DNA of 64,000 bases from Phaeosaccion multiseriatum. Its lineage: Eukaryota > Protista > Ochrophyta, other classes. A program made the position numbers and the translations under genes. The DNA lies in assembly GCA_965112735.1 (NCBI GenBank), contig OZ218952.1, forward strand, positions 4,278,001-4,342,000, given 5' to 3'. Shown here in pieces: positions 49,033-58,522 of this stretch. Positions within the stretch are counted from its first letter, which is position 1. Every line of letters starts with the position of its first letter. The notes beneath the pieces were generated by a model. That model worked only from the letters and a program-made list of their open reading frames with translations, ran no database searches and was not told where the DNA came from.

Positions 49033-50520
49033 TTACTTCCCCAAGTGAATTCGCATCACCACTATCCCCGGATTCCGCTTCTGTACCCACGCTTCCACAC
49101 CCGGCCTCTCCTGCAAATAGGCCAGCACCACGGGCTTGAGAACGCTGACACCGCCCTCGCTGTGTCGGCCCCGCCCCGTCATGATTGTAATCTCTGTCCT
49201 TGCCTTCGCCTCTGCGAGCACGTGACGAAGCGCTGCCTTGCTTGTCCCCTTGGTGAATGAGTGCAAGTCCATCGTCCGCACCTGCCCCATTTTCTTCCAG
49301 TGGTTCCAGACCCGTTGCGACACAGCCTCTGCGTACAGTTCGTCAGCAGCCTCCTCGTCGCCAGCCTCCTCCAAAGCGTCAATCGTAGCGTTGTAGGATC
49401 GTTTATCAGGGGCGAGTCCTTTCTCCTTCATTTCATTGAAGAGCTTCACGGCCTCCACGTGGTTTTGGCCGTAACCACATGCAGCAACTACTGCATTAAA
49501 GCTATACACATTCGGCTTGAGTCCTACTGCCTTCATCTCATTGAAGAGCTTCAGGGCCTCCACGTGGCTGTTGTCATTGCCACATGCAGTAATGGCTGCA
49601 CTATAGCTTAAAACACTTGGCTTTAGTCCTATCGCTTTCATCTCCTTGAAGAGTTTCAGGGCCTCCATGTGGTTGTTGTCGTTGCCACATGCAGTAATGG
49701 CTGCACTGTAGGTCCTCTCATCAGGCCTGAGTCCTACCGCCTTCATCTCACCCAACAGCTTCAGGGCCTCAATGTGGTTGTTGTCGTTGCCACATGCAGT
49801 AATGGCTGCACTGTAGCTGATCACATTTGGCTTGATTCCTACCGCCTTCATCTCATTCAACAGCTTCAGGGCCTCCACATGGTTGTCTTCGTTGCCACAC
49901 ACAGTAATGACTGCGTTGTAACAGCATACATCTGGCGTGATACCTACCGCCCTCATCTCGAAAAATAGCTTCATGGCCTGGGTACTTTCGCCAGCTCTAC
50001 CACACGCGGTTATGGCAGCACAGTACGTCCTCTCTTTAGGGGCGATTCCTTCCACCTTCATCTCCCTGAATAGCTTCAGGGCCTGGGTACTTTCGCCAGC
50101 TCTGCCACACGCCGATATGATTGCAGTATAGCTGTACTCATCTGGTTCAATACCCTCCTTCTTCATCTCTTCCAGAAGTTTCAAAGCGCCCTTCCACCGC
50201 CCGCACTTCCCAATCGCGGAAATCGCGGCATTGAGACAGTACAGATTGGGCTTTAGCCCCCCTCGCCGTGCGCGTTCCAGAGTAGGCGCGACCCTCTTCC
50301 AGTCCCTGCTTGCACCCAGAGCTTGGATTTCCCTCATGAGCTGCTTCTGCCTCGCCTTGTCAACCCCCCCCTGTCCCCCCGAGTAGCAGGACGATTGTGG
50401 GCAGTGTGGATGGGAGAGCGCAGCCCCACTTTGCGCAGCGGTGCTTCCGAACGGTCTTGCCCTCCTACCAATGCAGGTCCTGACCACCCTCCTAAACGAC
50501 ATCACTTGCATCAACAGCAT
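49033..50520 (-). CDS. PPR-SMR protein 3 (8 PPR motifs + cap + Smr domain), intronless, 495 aa
   Basis: PPR repeats; Smr domain with MDLHSFTKG and the complete TGRGRHS motif. Confidence 0.93.
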   Translation of the reverse strand: MLLMQVMSFRRVVRTCIGRRARPFGSTAAQSGAALSHPHCPQSSCYSGGQGGVDKARQKQLMREIQALGASRDWKRVAPTLERARRGGLKPNLYCLNAAISAIGKCGRWKGALKLLEEMKKEGIEPDEYSYTAIISACGRAGESTQALKLFREMKVEGIAPKERTYCAAITACGRAGESTQAMKLFFEMRAVGITPDVCCYNAVITVCGNEDNHVEALKLLNEMKAVGIKPNVISYSAAITACGNDNNHIEALKLLGEMKAVGLRPDERTYSAAITACGNDNNHMEALKLFKEMKAIGLKPSVLSYSAAITACGNDNSHVEALKLFNEMKAVGLKPNVYSFNAVVAACGYGQNHVEAVKLFNEMKEKGLAPDKRSYNATIDALEEAGDEEAADELYAEAVSQRVWNHWKKMGQVRTMDLHSFTKGTSKAALRHVLAEAKARTEITIMTGRGRHSEGGVSVLKPVVLAYLQERPGVEAWVQKRNPGIVVMRIHLGK

Positions 50521-51380
50521 CGCAGATCGCCCTCACGGCACGCACGCAGATGCAGGTCGATGCAGGCAAGGAGAACAGAAGGAACCGACTTGGCGACCAC
50601 CCGCAGCAGTTGGTACTTCGTGATTCCCGATACTCTGTCAACTCTGAGAAGTAACGTCTCTTTTCCTCTATGTATGACTCGTCAGTCCTCCCCATCGGAA
50701 CAAAGTTGATACCAGCCAGAACCCTGTGTCGAATCGATCGTTCGTGCCGGGCCCTCGAGGCAAGATGCAAGAAAAAGCACATACGCACGCACACACACAC
50801 ACACACACGTGCACACCATACACCCACACTTGAGAGTGAGGTTCCTCTCGCTCGTGTTTCATAGTCATAGAGAGTAAGACCTGCTTCGTCTGGTGTATAA
50901 AGAACGAGTCCTATTCAAAGCTGAGAAGGGCAAGCGAATTGTAGCGAGAGATACTTCCATGAGTACTTCTCGTAGTCATATCACGCCCTCCAGGCGCGCG
51001 CTGATCCATCGACACTCAAGGGCGACACACTCGACGCCCAACTCATCTGCCGAGGGGGGTATGTCTCCCTCCCGAGGAGTCCCGAGGAGGTCCACAGGAG
51101 GTCCACAATCTACCCCTGCTCAACAAACTTTCTCGAGCATCCGATAAGAGCTGCTGAAACTGCAGCTTCACCGTCCGGGAGAGGCAGATAGGCAAGCCCT
51201 GTCCGCAGCCCACGAGCGGGCACGAAAGGGTGGCCTGGCCAGCCATCACAGCCATATGCTTCCGGCCCAAGAACATCGCTCTGCAGGCAGGCTATGCGAT
51301 CATCCAAATCACTCCCATTCAGAGAAGAGTGTGCATCCCAGAAGACAGGATGGGAAGCCAAACACAACCCGGCTGTCTGT

Positions 51381-54029
51381 CTACTTCCCACCAGCAGCGA
51401 CTCGCATCACCACCAACCCTGGGTTGTGCTCATTTCCCAATGCTTCGACGCCAGGCCTCTCCTGCAAATAGGCCAGCACCGCGGGCTTGAGAGCGCTGAC
51501 GCCGTCCTCATTGCCTCGGCCCCAGCCTGTGATGACATTGATATCACCTTCCACCTTTTCCACGGAGAGCACGTGACGAAGCGCTGCCTTGCTCGTTCCC
51601 TTGGTGAAGGCGTGCAAGTCCATCTCCCTCCCCAGCACCGCCCAGTGTGTGTAAATACCTTGCGAGATGGCCGTTGCGTACAGTTCGTCAGCAGCCTCCT
51701 CGTCGCCACCGTCCTGCAAAGCGTCAATCGTAGCGTTGTAGCTTGCGAAGTCCGGCACGAGCCCTACCGCCTTCATCTCCCTCCACAAATCCAGCGCCTT
51801 TTCACTCTTGCCTGCTCTACCGCACGCTGTGATGGTAGCAGTGTAGACGAGTAGATTAGGGGGGCTTCCCTCTGCCTTCATCTCCTTCAATAAAGCGAAT
51901 GCCTCTGCGTCTTGGTTGGCGTTGGCAAACGCGGTGATGGTGGCACTGTAGCTGTAGGCGTCAGGACGAAGTCCCTCTGTCTTCATCTCCCTCAGCAATC
52001 TCAATGCCTCCTCACTTCTCCCAGCTCTGCCACACGCCATGATTGTGGCATTGTAACTGATAACGTTGGGGTCGAGTCCTTCCCTCTTCATCTCCCTCAA
52101 CAACGCCAATGCCACCTCATTCCGGCCAGCTCTGCCAGACGCCGTGATGGTGGTGTTGTAGGCGATTTCGTTAGGAGGGACTCCTACGGTCTTCATCTCT
52201 TTGAAGAGCTTCACGGCCTCCAAGGAGTTGTTGTCGTTGGCACAGGCAGTAATGGCGGCGCTGTAGCTCGTCACATCCGGCTTGAGTCCTTCCGCCTCGA
52301 TCTCACGGAGTAACTTCAGGGCCTCTGCACTTTGGCCAGCCCTGCCACATGCCGTGATGGTGGTGTTGTAACTTACAAGATCGGGGGCGAGTTCTACGGC
52401 CTTCATCTCCCTCAGCAACTCGATGGCCCGTAAGTGGTCCCTGGTGTTGGAGAAAGCTGAAATGGTGGCATTGTAGCTTTCCTCTGAAGGCTTGATCCCC
52501 TCCTTCTCCATCTCCCTCAGCAAGCTCAATGCCTCGGGACTACAGCCGACTCGGCTACACGCCGTGATTGCGGCATTGTAGCTGTAGACGTCTGGCTTGA
52601 GACCCTCTGCCTTTATCCGCTTGAACAAGCTCAGGGCCTCCTCACGGTTTTTGCCGTTGGCGCATGCTGTAATGGCTGCGTTATAGCACCGCACGTTCAG
52701 CTCGAAACCCTCCTCCTTGATTTCCTCCAGCAGGGCCAACGCGCCCTTCCAGCGCCCGCACTTGCCAAGCGCGGAAATCGCAGCACTCAAACAGTGCAGA
52801 CCGGGCTTCAGGCCTTCTCGCCGTGCGCGGCTCAGAGTAGGCGCAATCCTCCTCCAATCCTTCCTGCTTCCCAGAGCTTGGATCTCTTTCACGAGCTGCC
52901 CCTGCCGCAAAGTGTCATCCCCCCAATTAGAGTAGTAGGGCCATTGCTGCGGCAGCTGCTTCTGCTGAGGGAGAGTAGCCTCGATCCGCCGCAATTCTTC
53001 TCCCTCTTCAGTAGCGGTTGCATTGTAACAGTGCCCATTCGGCTTGATTCCAACCGCCTTCATCTCCTTGAATAGCTTCAGGGCCTGTGTACGTTCGCCA
53101 GCTGTGCTACACGCCGTGATGATAGTGCTGTAGGTCCTCTCGTTAGGGGCGATTCCCTCCTCCTTCATCTCATTGAAGAGCTTCAGGGCCTCCACGATGC
53201 TCTTGTCGTTGGCACATGCAGTAATGGCTGAAGTGTAGCTCGTAACATTGGGCTCGATGCCTTCCTCTTTCAGCTCTCTGAATAGCTTCAGGGCCTCTGC
53301 ACTCTTGCCAGCCCTGCCACATGCCGTGATGGTGGTGCTGTAGGTAATGACACTGGGGGGCAATCCTACGGCCTTCATCTCCCAAAAGAGCTTGATGGCT
53401 CCCATGTAGTCCTCCGCAGCGGAGAACGCTGAAAGGGTGGCATTGTAGCTTTCCTCCGTTGGCTTGATCCCCTCCCGCTCCATCTCCCTCAGCCAGCTCA
53501 ATGCCTCGGCACTATGGCCGACTCGGGCACATGCCGTGATTATAGCATTGTAACTGTATGCGTTTCGCTTGAGACCCTCTGCCTTTATCCGCTTGAACAA
53601 GTTCAGTGCCTCCTCACGGTTTCTGCCGTTGGCGCATGCTGTAATAGCTGCGGTATAGCACCGCTCGTCCGGCTTAAAGCCCTCCTTCTTCATCTCTTCC
53701 AGCAGGGCCAAAGCGCCCCTCCACCGCCCACACTTCCCAAGCGCAGAAATCGCAGCCTTCAAACAGTCCCGACTGGGCTTCAGGCCCTCTCGCCGTGCGC
53801 GTTCCAGAGTAGGTGCAACTCTCTTCCAGTCCTTGCTCGCACCCAGAGCTTTGATCTCCCTCATGAGCTTCATCTGCCGCAAATGTTTATCCTCTTTAGT
53901 AGAGAACTTCTGGTGAGGGAGGGACGAGTAGCAGGGTCTCGTCACCCTCCTCAACGACATCGTTCGCATCATCAGCATGTTTTGTATCCCTCTTATGACG
54001 AGAAGAAGAACTGTGAGTACCCCTTCCAT
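51381..54029 (-). CDS. PPR-SMR protein 4 (two PPR tracts of 7 and 10 motifs + Smr domain), intronless, 882 aa; homologous MLMM start at 53978
   Basis: Two copies of the N-cap (EIKALGASKDWKRVAPTL / EIQALGSRKDWRRIAPTL); Smr domain with ITGWGRG. Confidence 0.92.
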   Translation of the reverse strand: MEGVLTVLLLVIRGIQNMLMMRTMSLRRVTRPCYSSLPHQKFSTKEDKHLRQMKLMREIKALGASKDWKRVAPTLERARREGLKPSRDCLKAAISALGKCGRWRGALALLEEMKKEGFKPDERCYTAAITACANGRNREEALNLFKRIKAEGLKRNAYSYNAIITACARVGHSAEALSWLREMEREGIKPTEESYNATLSAFSAAEDYMGAIKLFWEMKAVGLPPSVITYSTTITACGRAGKSAEALKLFRELKEEGIEPNVTSYTSAITACANDKSIVEALKLFNEMKEEGIAPNERTYSTIITACSTAGERTQALKLFKEMKAVGIKPNGHCYNATATEEGEELRRIEATLPQQKQLPQQWPYYSNWGDDTLRQGQLVKEIQALGSRKDWRRIAPTLSRARREGLKPGLHCLSAAISALGKCGRWKGALALLEEIKEEGFELNVRCYNAAITACANGKNREEALSLFKRIKAEGLKPDVYSYNAAITACSRVGCSPEALSLLREMEKEGIKPSEESYNATISAFSNTRDHLRAIELLREMKAVELAPDLVSYNTTITACGRAGQSAEALKLLREIEAEGLKPDVTSYSAAITACANDNNSLEAVKLFKEMKTVGVPPNEIAYNTTITASGRAGRNEVALALLREMKREGLDPNVISYNATIMACGRAGRSEEALRLLREMKTEGLRPDAYSYSATITAFANANQDAEAFALLKEMKAEGSPPNLLVYTATITACGRAGKSEKALDLWREMKAVGLVPDFASYNATIDALQDGGDEEAADELYATAISQGIYTHWAVLGREMDLHAFTKGTSKAALRHVLSVEKVEGDINVITGWGRGNEDGVSALKPAVLAYLQERPGVEALGNEHNPGLVVMRVAAGGK

Positions 54030-54346
54030 ATTACCAACACGTTCGCCTGCCCGGTCATCACTCTCCTTTTTTTAGAACGCTTTTTTTCTTAGATTGTGGC
54101 TTCCTCGCCCTCCCAATCTCTATGTGACCCCCTTCCTTCACACCACTCCTGCCCTTGCTTTTCTATTTCCTCTTCTCTGTCTGTCTCTCTCCCTCTCTTC
54201 TCTTCTTCCATCCTTTCTCCCTCTTTTCTATCTTTCCTTCCGGTTTGCTCTCGCTGCACCTCTAATCCCACGACCTGGGAATATGCGACGGCGGAATCTG
54301 CTGCATCCCGCAGCGCGAAAACGAATGTCCTGAGGGCTGGTGTGGA

Positions 54347-56491
54347 ATGAGGGGCACCACAACGTCATGTCGACGAGCGCACCACTGCTGGATCGCTCTT
54401 CTGTTCGTCGTATGTCTCGTTGGATGGGTCAGAGGTCTCGAGGCCGACCATGCAGACGTTTCCCACGATTCCTCTCGCTTGCAGTCCCTTGGACGGTTGC
54501 ACGAGGAGCTTACGAAGCTTGCACACGGCGGAGATTACCCCGCGATGATGAGGCTCTTAATCGAGGAGGAAAGGAAGGTAGGTAGGCGTGATGATGATGA
54601 CGCGGCACCACATGTATTGCTTACAGGCCGGTGGATTTTCGTGCCTCCCTCTAACTGTATACTTCTACCTGCGCCACTTCCTCCCTCCCTCCCTCCCTCC
54701 CCGCTTATTCTCGCCACTTCCTCCCTCCCTCCCTCCCTCCCCGCTTATTCTCTCTATTGGGGGGGGGGGGGCAGTCTGGAAGTCTTGTTACTGCTTCTGA
54801 GGGACGAACGCCAAGCCTCTACTTCTTCCTGGGCCTCGCTCTCCACGGCCTCGGTAGCGTGGAGTCTGCAATCACCGCCTTCCGCGAGGCAGTTTCAGTC
54901 CAGTTAAGTCCTCGCCCCCAAGTCTTTTGTCACGCCCACTCACCTACTGCATCCATGAACGAACCACCCAGCCTCTCTCTGTGCGTCTCACCGCCTTGCC
55001 ATTCCTCTCCTATCCCCCTCTATCTGCAGACCTCGAGACATTGGGAGCTGGCTGAACCTGGGGGACAGTCTCTTACAATCGCAAGGTCCCGGCAGCGCTG
55101 TACAGGTAAGCATGGAAACCGTACTTGCCAGACTACCCTCCCCCCCCCCCCCCTTCACGAGCCTTCCCACTGTCCTGCCCTTCACCCTTCTTCCTCCCCT
55201 CCCATCAGGAGAGTTGTAAATATGTCTCTCGATGCGGTGTCCCCTTTATTTCGTTCATTCCCACCCACACGTCAACAGTCGTAACCCGGACACACACACA
55301 CGGAAGAGACAAGGAACCGACGAAACCTCTCGCCCTCTTCCTCTCTCGTCCTGCCCTTGCTCCATCTCCAGGTCTACGAGGGCATGCTTGCCCTGAATCT
55401 GCCCTTCGACATTAGCAAGCTCTACAAAGCACGCCAATGGGCGGCGGACTGGCGCGACGCGGATGTGATGGCCGCGCAACTAGTACAAGAGTTGATTGAG
55501 GCCAAGACCAAGGGACTCAGTGCACCCTTCTCACCGGCCGACTTTGCAGATTGCCATCCCTTATTATTGCGATGGATGACGGAGGGTATGCGGGTCTGCC
55601 GGAATCATACCTCGGCGACAGCGACTACAACAACGACAACAGCGACAATCCACGAAGTAGTGGCACCGCCACCAAGAGCCTTCAACAACGTCACCCTCTC
55701 CACCTCCCCCTCCCCAGGGCGGGGCAGCAGAGAACGACTTCGAGTGGGCTTTCTGTCGTCGGATTTTGGCGTGCATCCAGTGTCGCAGCTGTTACGAGGG
55801 GTGCTGGCAGGGGGCAATGGGGTGGGGCTCAATACCACTCTCGTCGAGGTCCACTGCTTTTCACTGGGGCAGCAGGATAGCTGGTGGAAGCGCAACATCT
55901 CCAGTCAAGTGCATCACTTTGAGGAAATGGGCGCCCTCAGCGTGCAGGACGCGGCAGCAAGGATTGGAACCTTCGATCTGCATGTGTTGGTGGACCTCAA
56001 CAGCCACACGCTCGGGACGGGCCTGCCTATTATGCGCCACTTAGCGGCGGCGGCGGCTGCTGCTGCTGCTGTTGTTTCGCCAACTGCTGCTACTACTGCT
56101 GCTGTATCACCAACTGCTACTGCTGCCGTGGTGCAGGTGTCCTGGCTTGGCCTGCCCCGCACGACCGGGGCTCCTTTCATTGACTTCTTCCTCTCCGACG
56201 CCGTCGCCTCTCCTCCTGCGGAGATGGCGCCTCATTTCCGAGAGAAGCTCATGCTGCTGCCCACGCCCATCTGCTACATGGCCAACGACTTCAATCAGAT
56301 GCACGGTAGCGCGGTGCTCGAGCCGAGGGCGAAGCGTATGGGCATCCCCGGTCTGCAAGACGTATCCGATGCGGCATTCCTCTTCGCAACGTTCAGCAAC
56401 TACCAGAAGATGAGCAAGGAGGCTTGGACGGCGTGGATGAACATCCTACAGCGCACTACTGCCCCTGCTGCGGAGAGCGTGCTGTGGATAC

Positions 56492-56529
<38 letters not shown>

Positions 56530-58331
56530 ATGGGGGTGAAGAGGCACGTAGATGCACGCCCCCAACGTTGTGTGTGTGTGCGTGGGTGTGTGTTTTCGTG
56601 TGTGTGCGTATGTGTGTGTGTGCGTATGTATGTGGGTGTGTGGGGGCGTTTTTCTGTAGTGTGTGCGTATGTCCTCTTGTGTTCACCAAGAGGTCCGTCG
56701 CTCATCTTTACCCCCCCCCCGCCCCACCCCCTCCCTTCCCAGAACTATAAAGGCTCCTCAGATGCGAATGTGAACTTGAGAACGGAAATGAAGGCAAGGG
56801 GTGTACATCCGCAGCGTCTCCTCACCGTTGAAATGCTCCCCTGGATTGAGGTGAGCTGGCTTGTCCCGCTCTCTTTCCTTCTTCCCCACCTTCCTCCCCC
56901 CTCTCTCTTCCTCCTTCTCCTCCCTTTCCTCCTTCCGAAATAATGTCACCACAACATCTCCTCCCATGAATTGGCTCATTCTCACTCTACTCCTTCGACC
57001 CCCCCCCCAAATAGCATGTGCATGCCAAAACGACGGCGGACCTGGTGCTGGACACGTTCCACAAAACAGGACACACCACCTCGCTGGACGCGCTATGGGC
57101 GGGGGTTCCAATCCTGACGTTACCCGGCGACCGTATGGACCGCCGAGCCACGGCCTCCATGCTCTCCTCCCTCGGCATTGAAGACACAATCGTCGCCAGC
57201 GCTAAGGAGTATGAGGACGTGGCGGTGCGACTCGCCTCGCGGCCGCAGGAGCTGGCGGTGTTGCGTAAGAGGTTTGAGGAGGCACGTACGAGGCAGGGGG
57301 GGCTCTTTGACACGTTTAGTTTTGCCGAGGCGCTACGGAGGGCAATGCAAGCTGCGGTGGAGGTTCGAGTGGCGGCAGAAGAAGGACGGCAGAGGCCAGC
57401 CATGCATGTTTTCTTTCCGGGTAGCACGGCAGCAGCAGCAGTAGGAGGAGGAGGGGGAGGGGGAGGAGAGAAGGTGGGCAAGCTGCCGTCCTTTCCGTCA
57501 CCTCTTCAGCCGGAGCTGCTGCAGCAGCAGCAGCAGCAGCAGGAGGAGGAGGAGGAGGAGCCAGAGCGATCGTCAGCAGCAGCAGCAGCAGCAGGAGCAG
57601 GAGCAGCAGCAGCAGCAGGAGCAGGAGCAGCAGCAGCAGCAGGAGCAGCAGCAGCACCAGAAGGAGTGACGGCACTTGCCCTCAACAAGGTTATTGCCCC
57701 GCTGCTGCTGCACATCGGGGGCCGCGTGGAGAAGGCCGGCTGGTCCATCGTGGATATTGCCGAGCACCCTCGTGTGGACCTCAAGGCTCCCATGCATCAG
57801 CTCCGAGGCGTGGAGAGCGGCTCAGTCACGGCCATCTACGCCTCCCATGTCCTCGAGCACAGCTCCCACAACCACCACCACCACCACCACCACCACCAGC
57901 ACCAGCAGCAGCAGCACCAGCAGGTGGAGCAGGAGGAGGAGCAACAAGAGGAGCAGTTGGGTTCGGGAGGAGAAGTAGTGAGTGTCCTGGCCACCTTGCG
58001 CGAGTGGCGCCGGGTCCTGACACCCAGCAGCGGCACCCTGTTTGTGGCGGTGCCTGACCTCGCGGCCCTTGCTCGCCTCTACGTAGACCCGGCCTTTGCC
58101 CAGGACAGATTCCTCATTATGCGCATCATGTTCGGTGGGCAGGTGGACGAGTACGACTATCACATGTGCGGGTTCGATTACGACACGCTCGCGGCCTTCC
58201 TCAAGGAGGCAGGATTTTGTGTGTGGGAGCGGGTGAACAGCTTCGGTCTGTTTCAGGACAGCAGCCTTGTGCACGTGAAGGGCCACCCCGTCAGCCTTAA
58301 CGTGATTGCCCATCCGTGTGCAGTCGTGTGA
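54347..58331 (+). CDS. OGT-like glycosyltransferase family 41 protein with N-terminal signal-like segment, short TPR region and C-terminal class I SAM methyltransferase domain; ~6 exons
   Basis: GT41 motifs: RLRVGFLSSDFGVHPVSQLL, VLVDLNSHT, VQVSWLGLPRTTGAPFIDFFLSD, FSNYQKM, ADLVLDTFHKTGHTTSLDALWAGVPILT. TPR-like segments: LYFFLGLALHGLG and SWLNLGDSL. Methyltransferase motifs LHIGG, IYASHVLEH and EWRRVL..GTLFVAVPDL are in the same exon and frame as the GT41 C-lobe. Confidence 0.87.
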
Positions 58332-58522
58332 TGCAGTCATGTATATGAATCAAATAGAGAAGGCTATAGATTAGTGATGCTCTGTGTGTTTTCTATGCTG
58401 GATCTTTATCCATCGTTCTTGTCTCTCGCGCACCCTCTCTCTCTCTCCATCTGACACTCTGCAAGCGTGGCTCTCTCCTCCAAGACAGTCAAGTCAGCTC
58501 AGCATTTGACCTGCGACATATG

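Larger units (their letters stand above)
43262..51380. repeat. Non-coding spacer repeated 3' of each PPR-SMR gene (~43262-43721, ~45495-46161, ~48405-49032 diverged, ~50820-51380)
   Basis: Shared blocks 'ctggtgtataaagaacgagtcctatt' and 'gggcaagcgaattgtagcgagagat...gtagtcatatcacgc...atcgacactcaagggcg...cccaactcatctgccgagggggg' mark tandem segmental duplication units. Confidence 0.88.
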
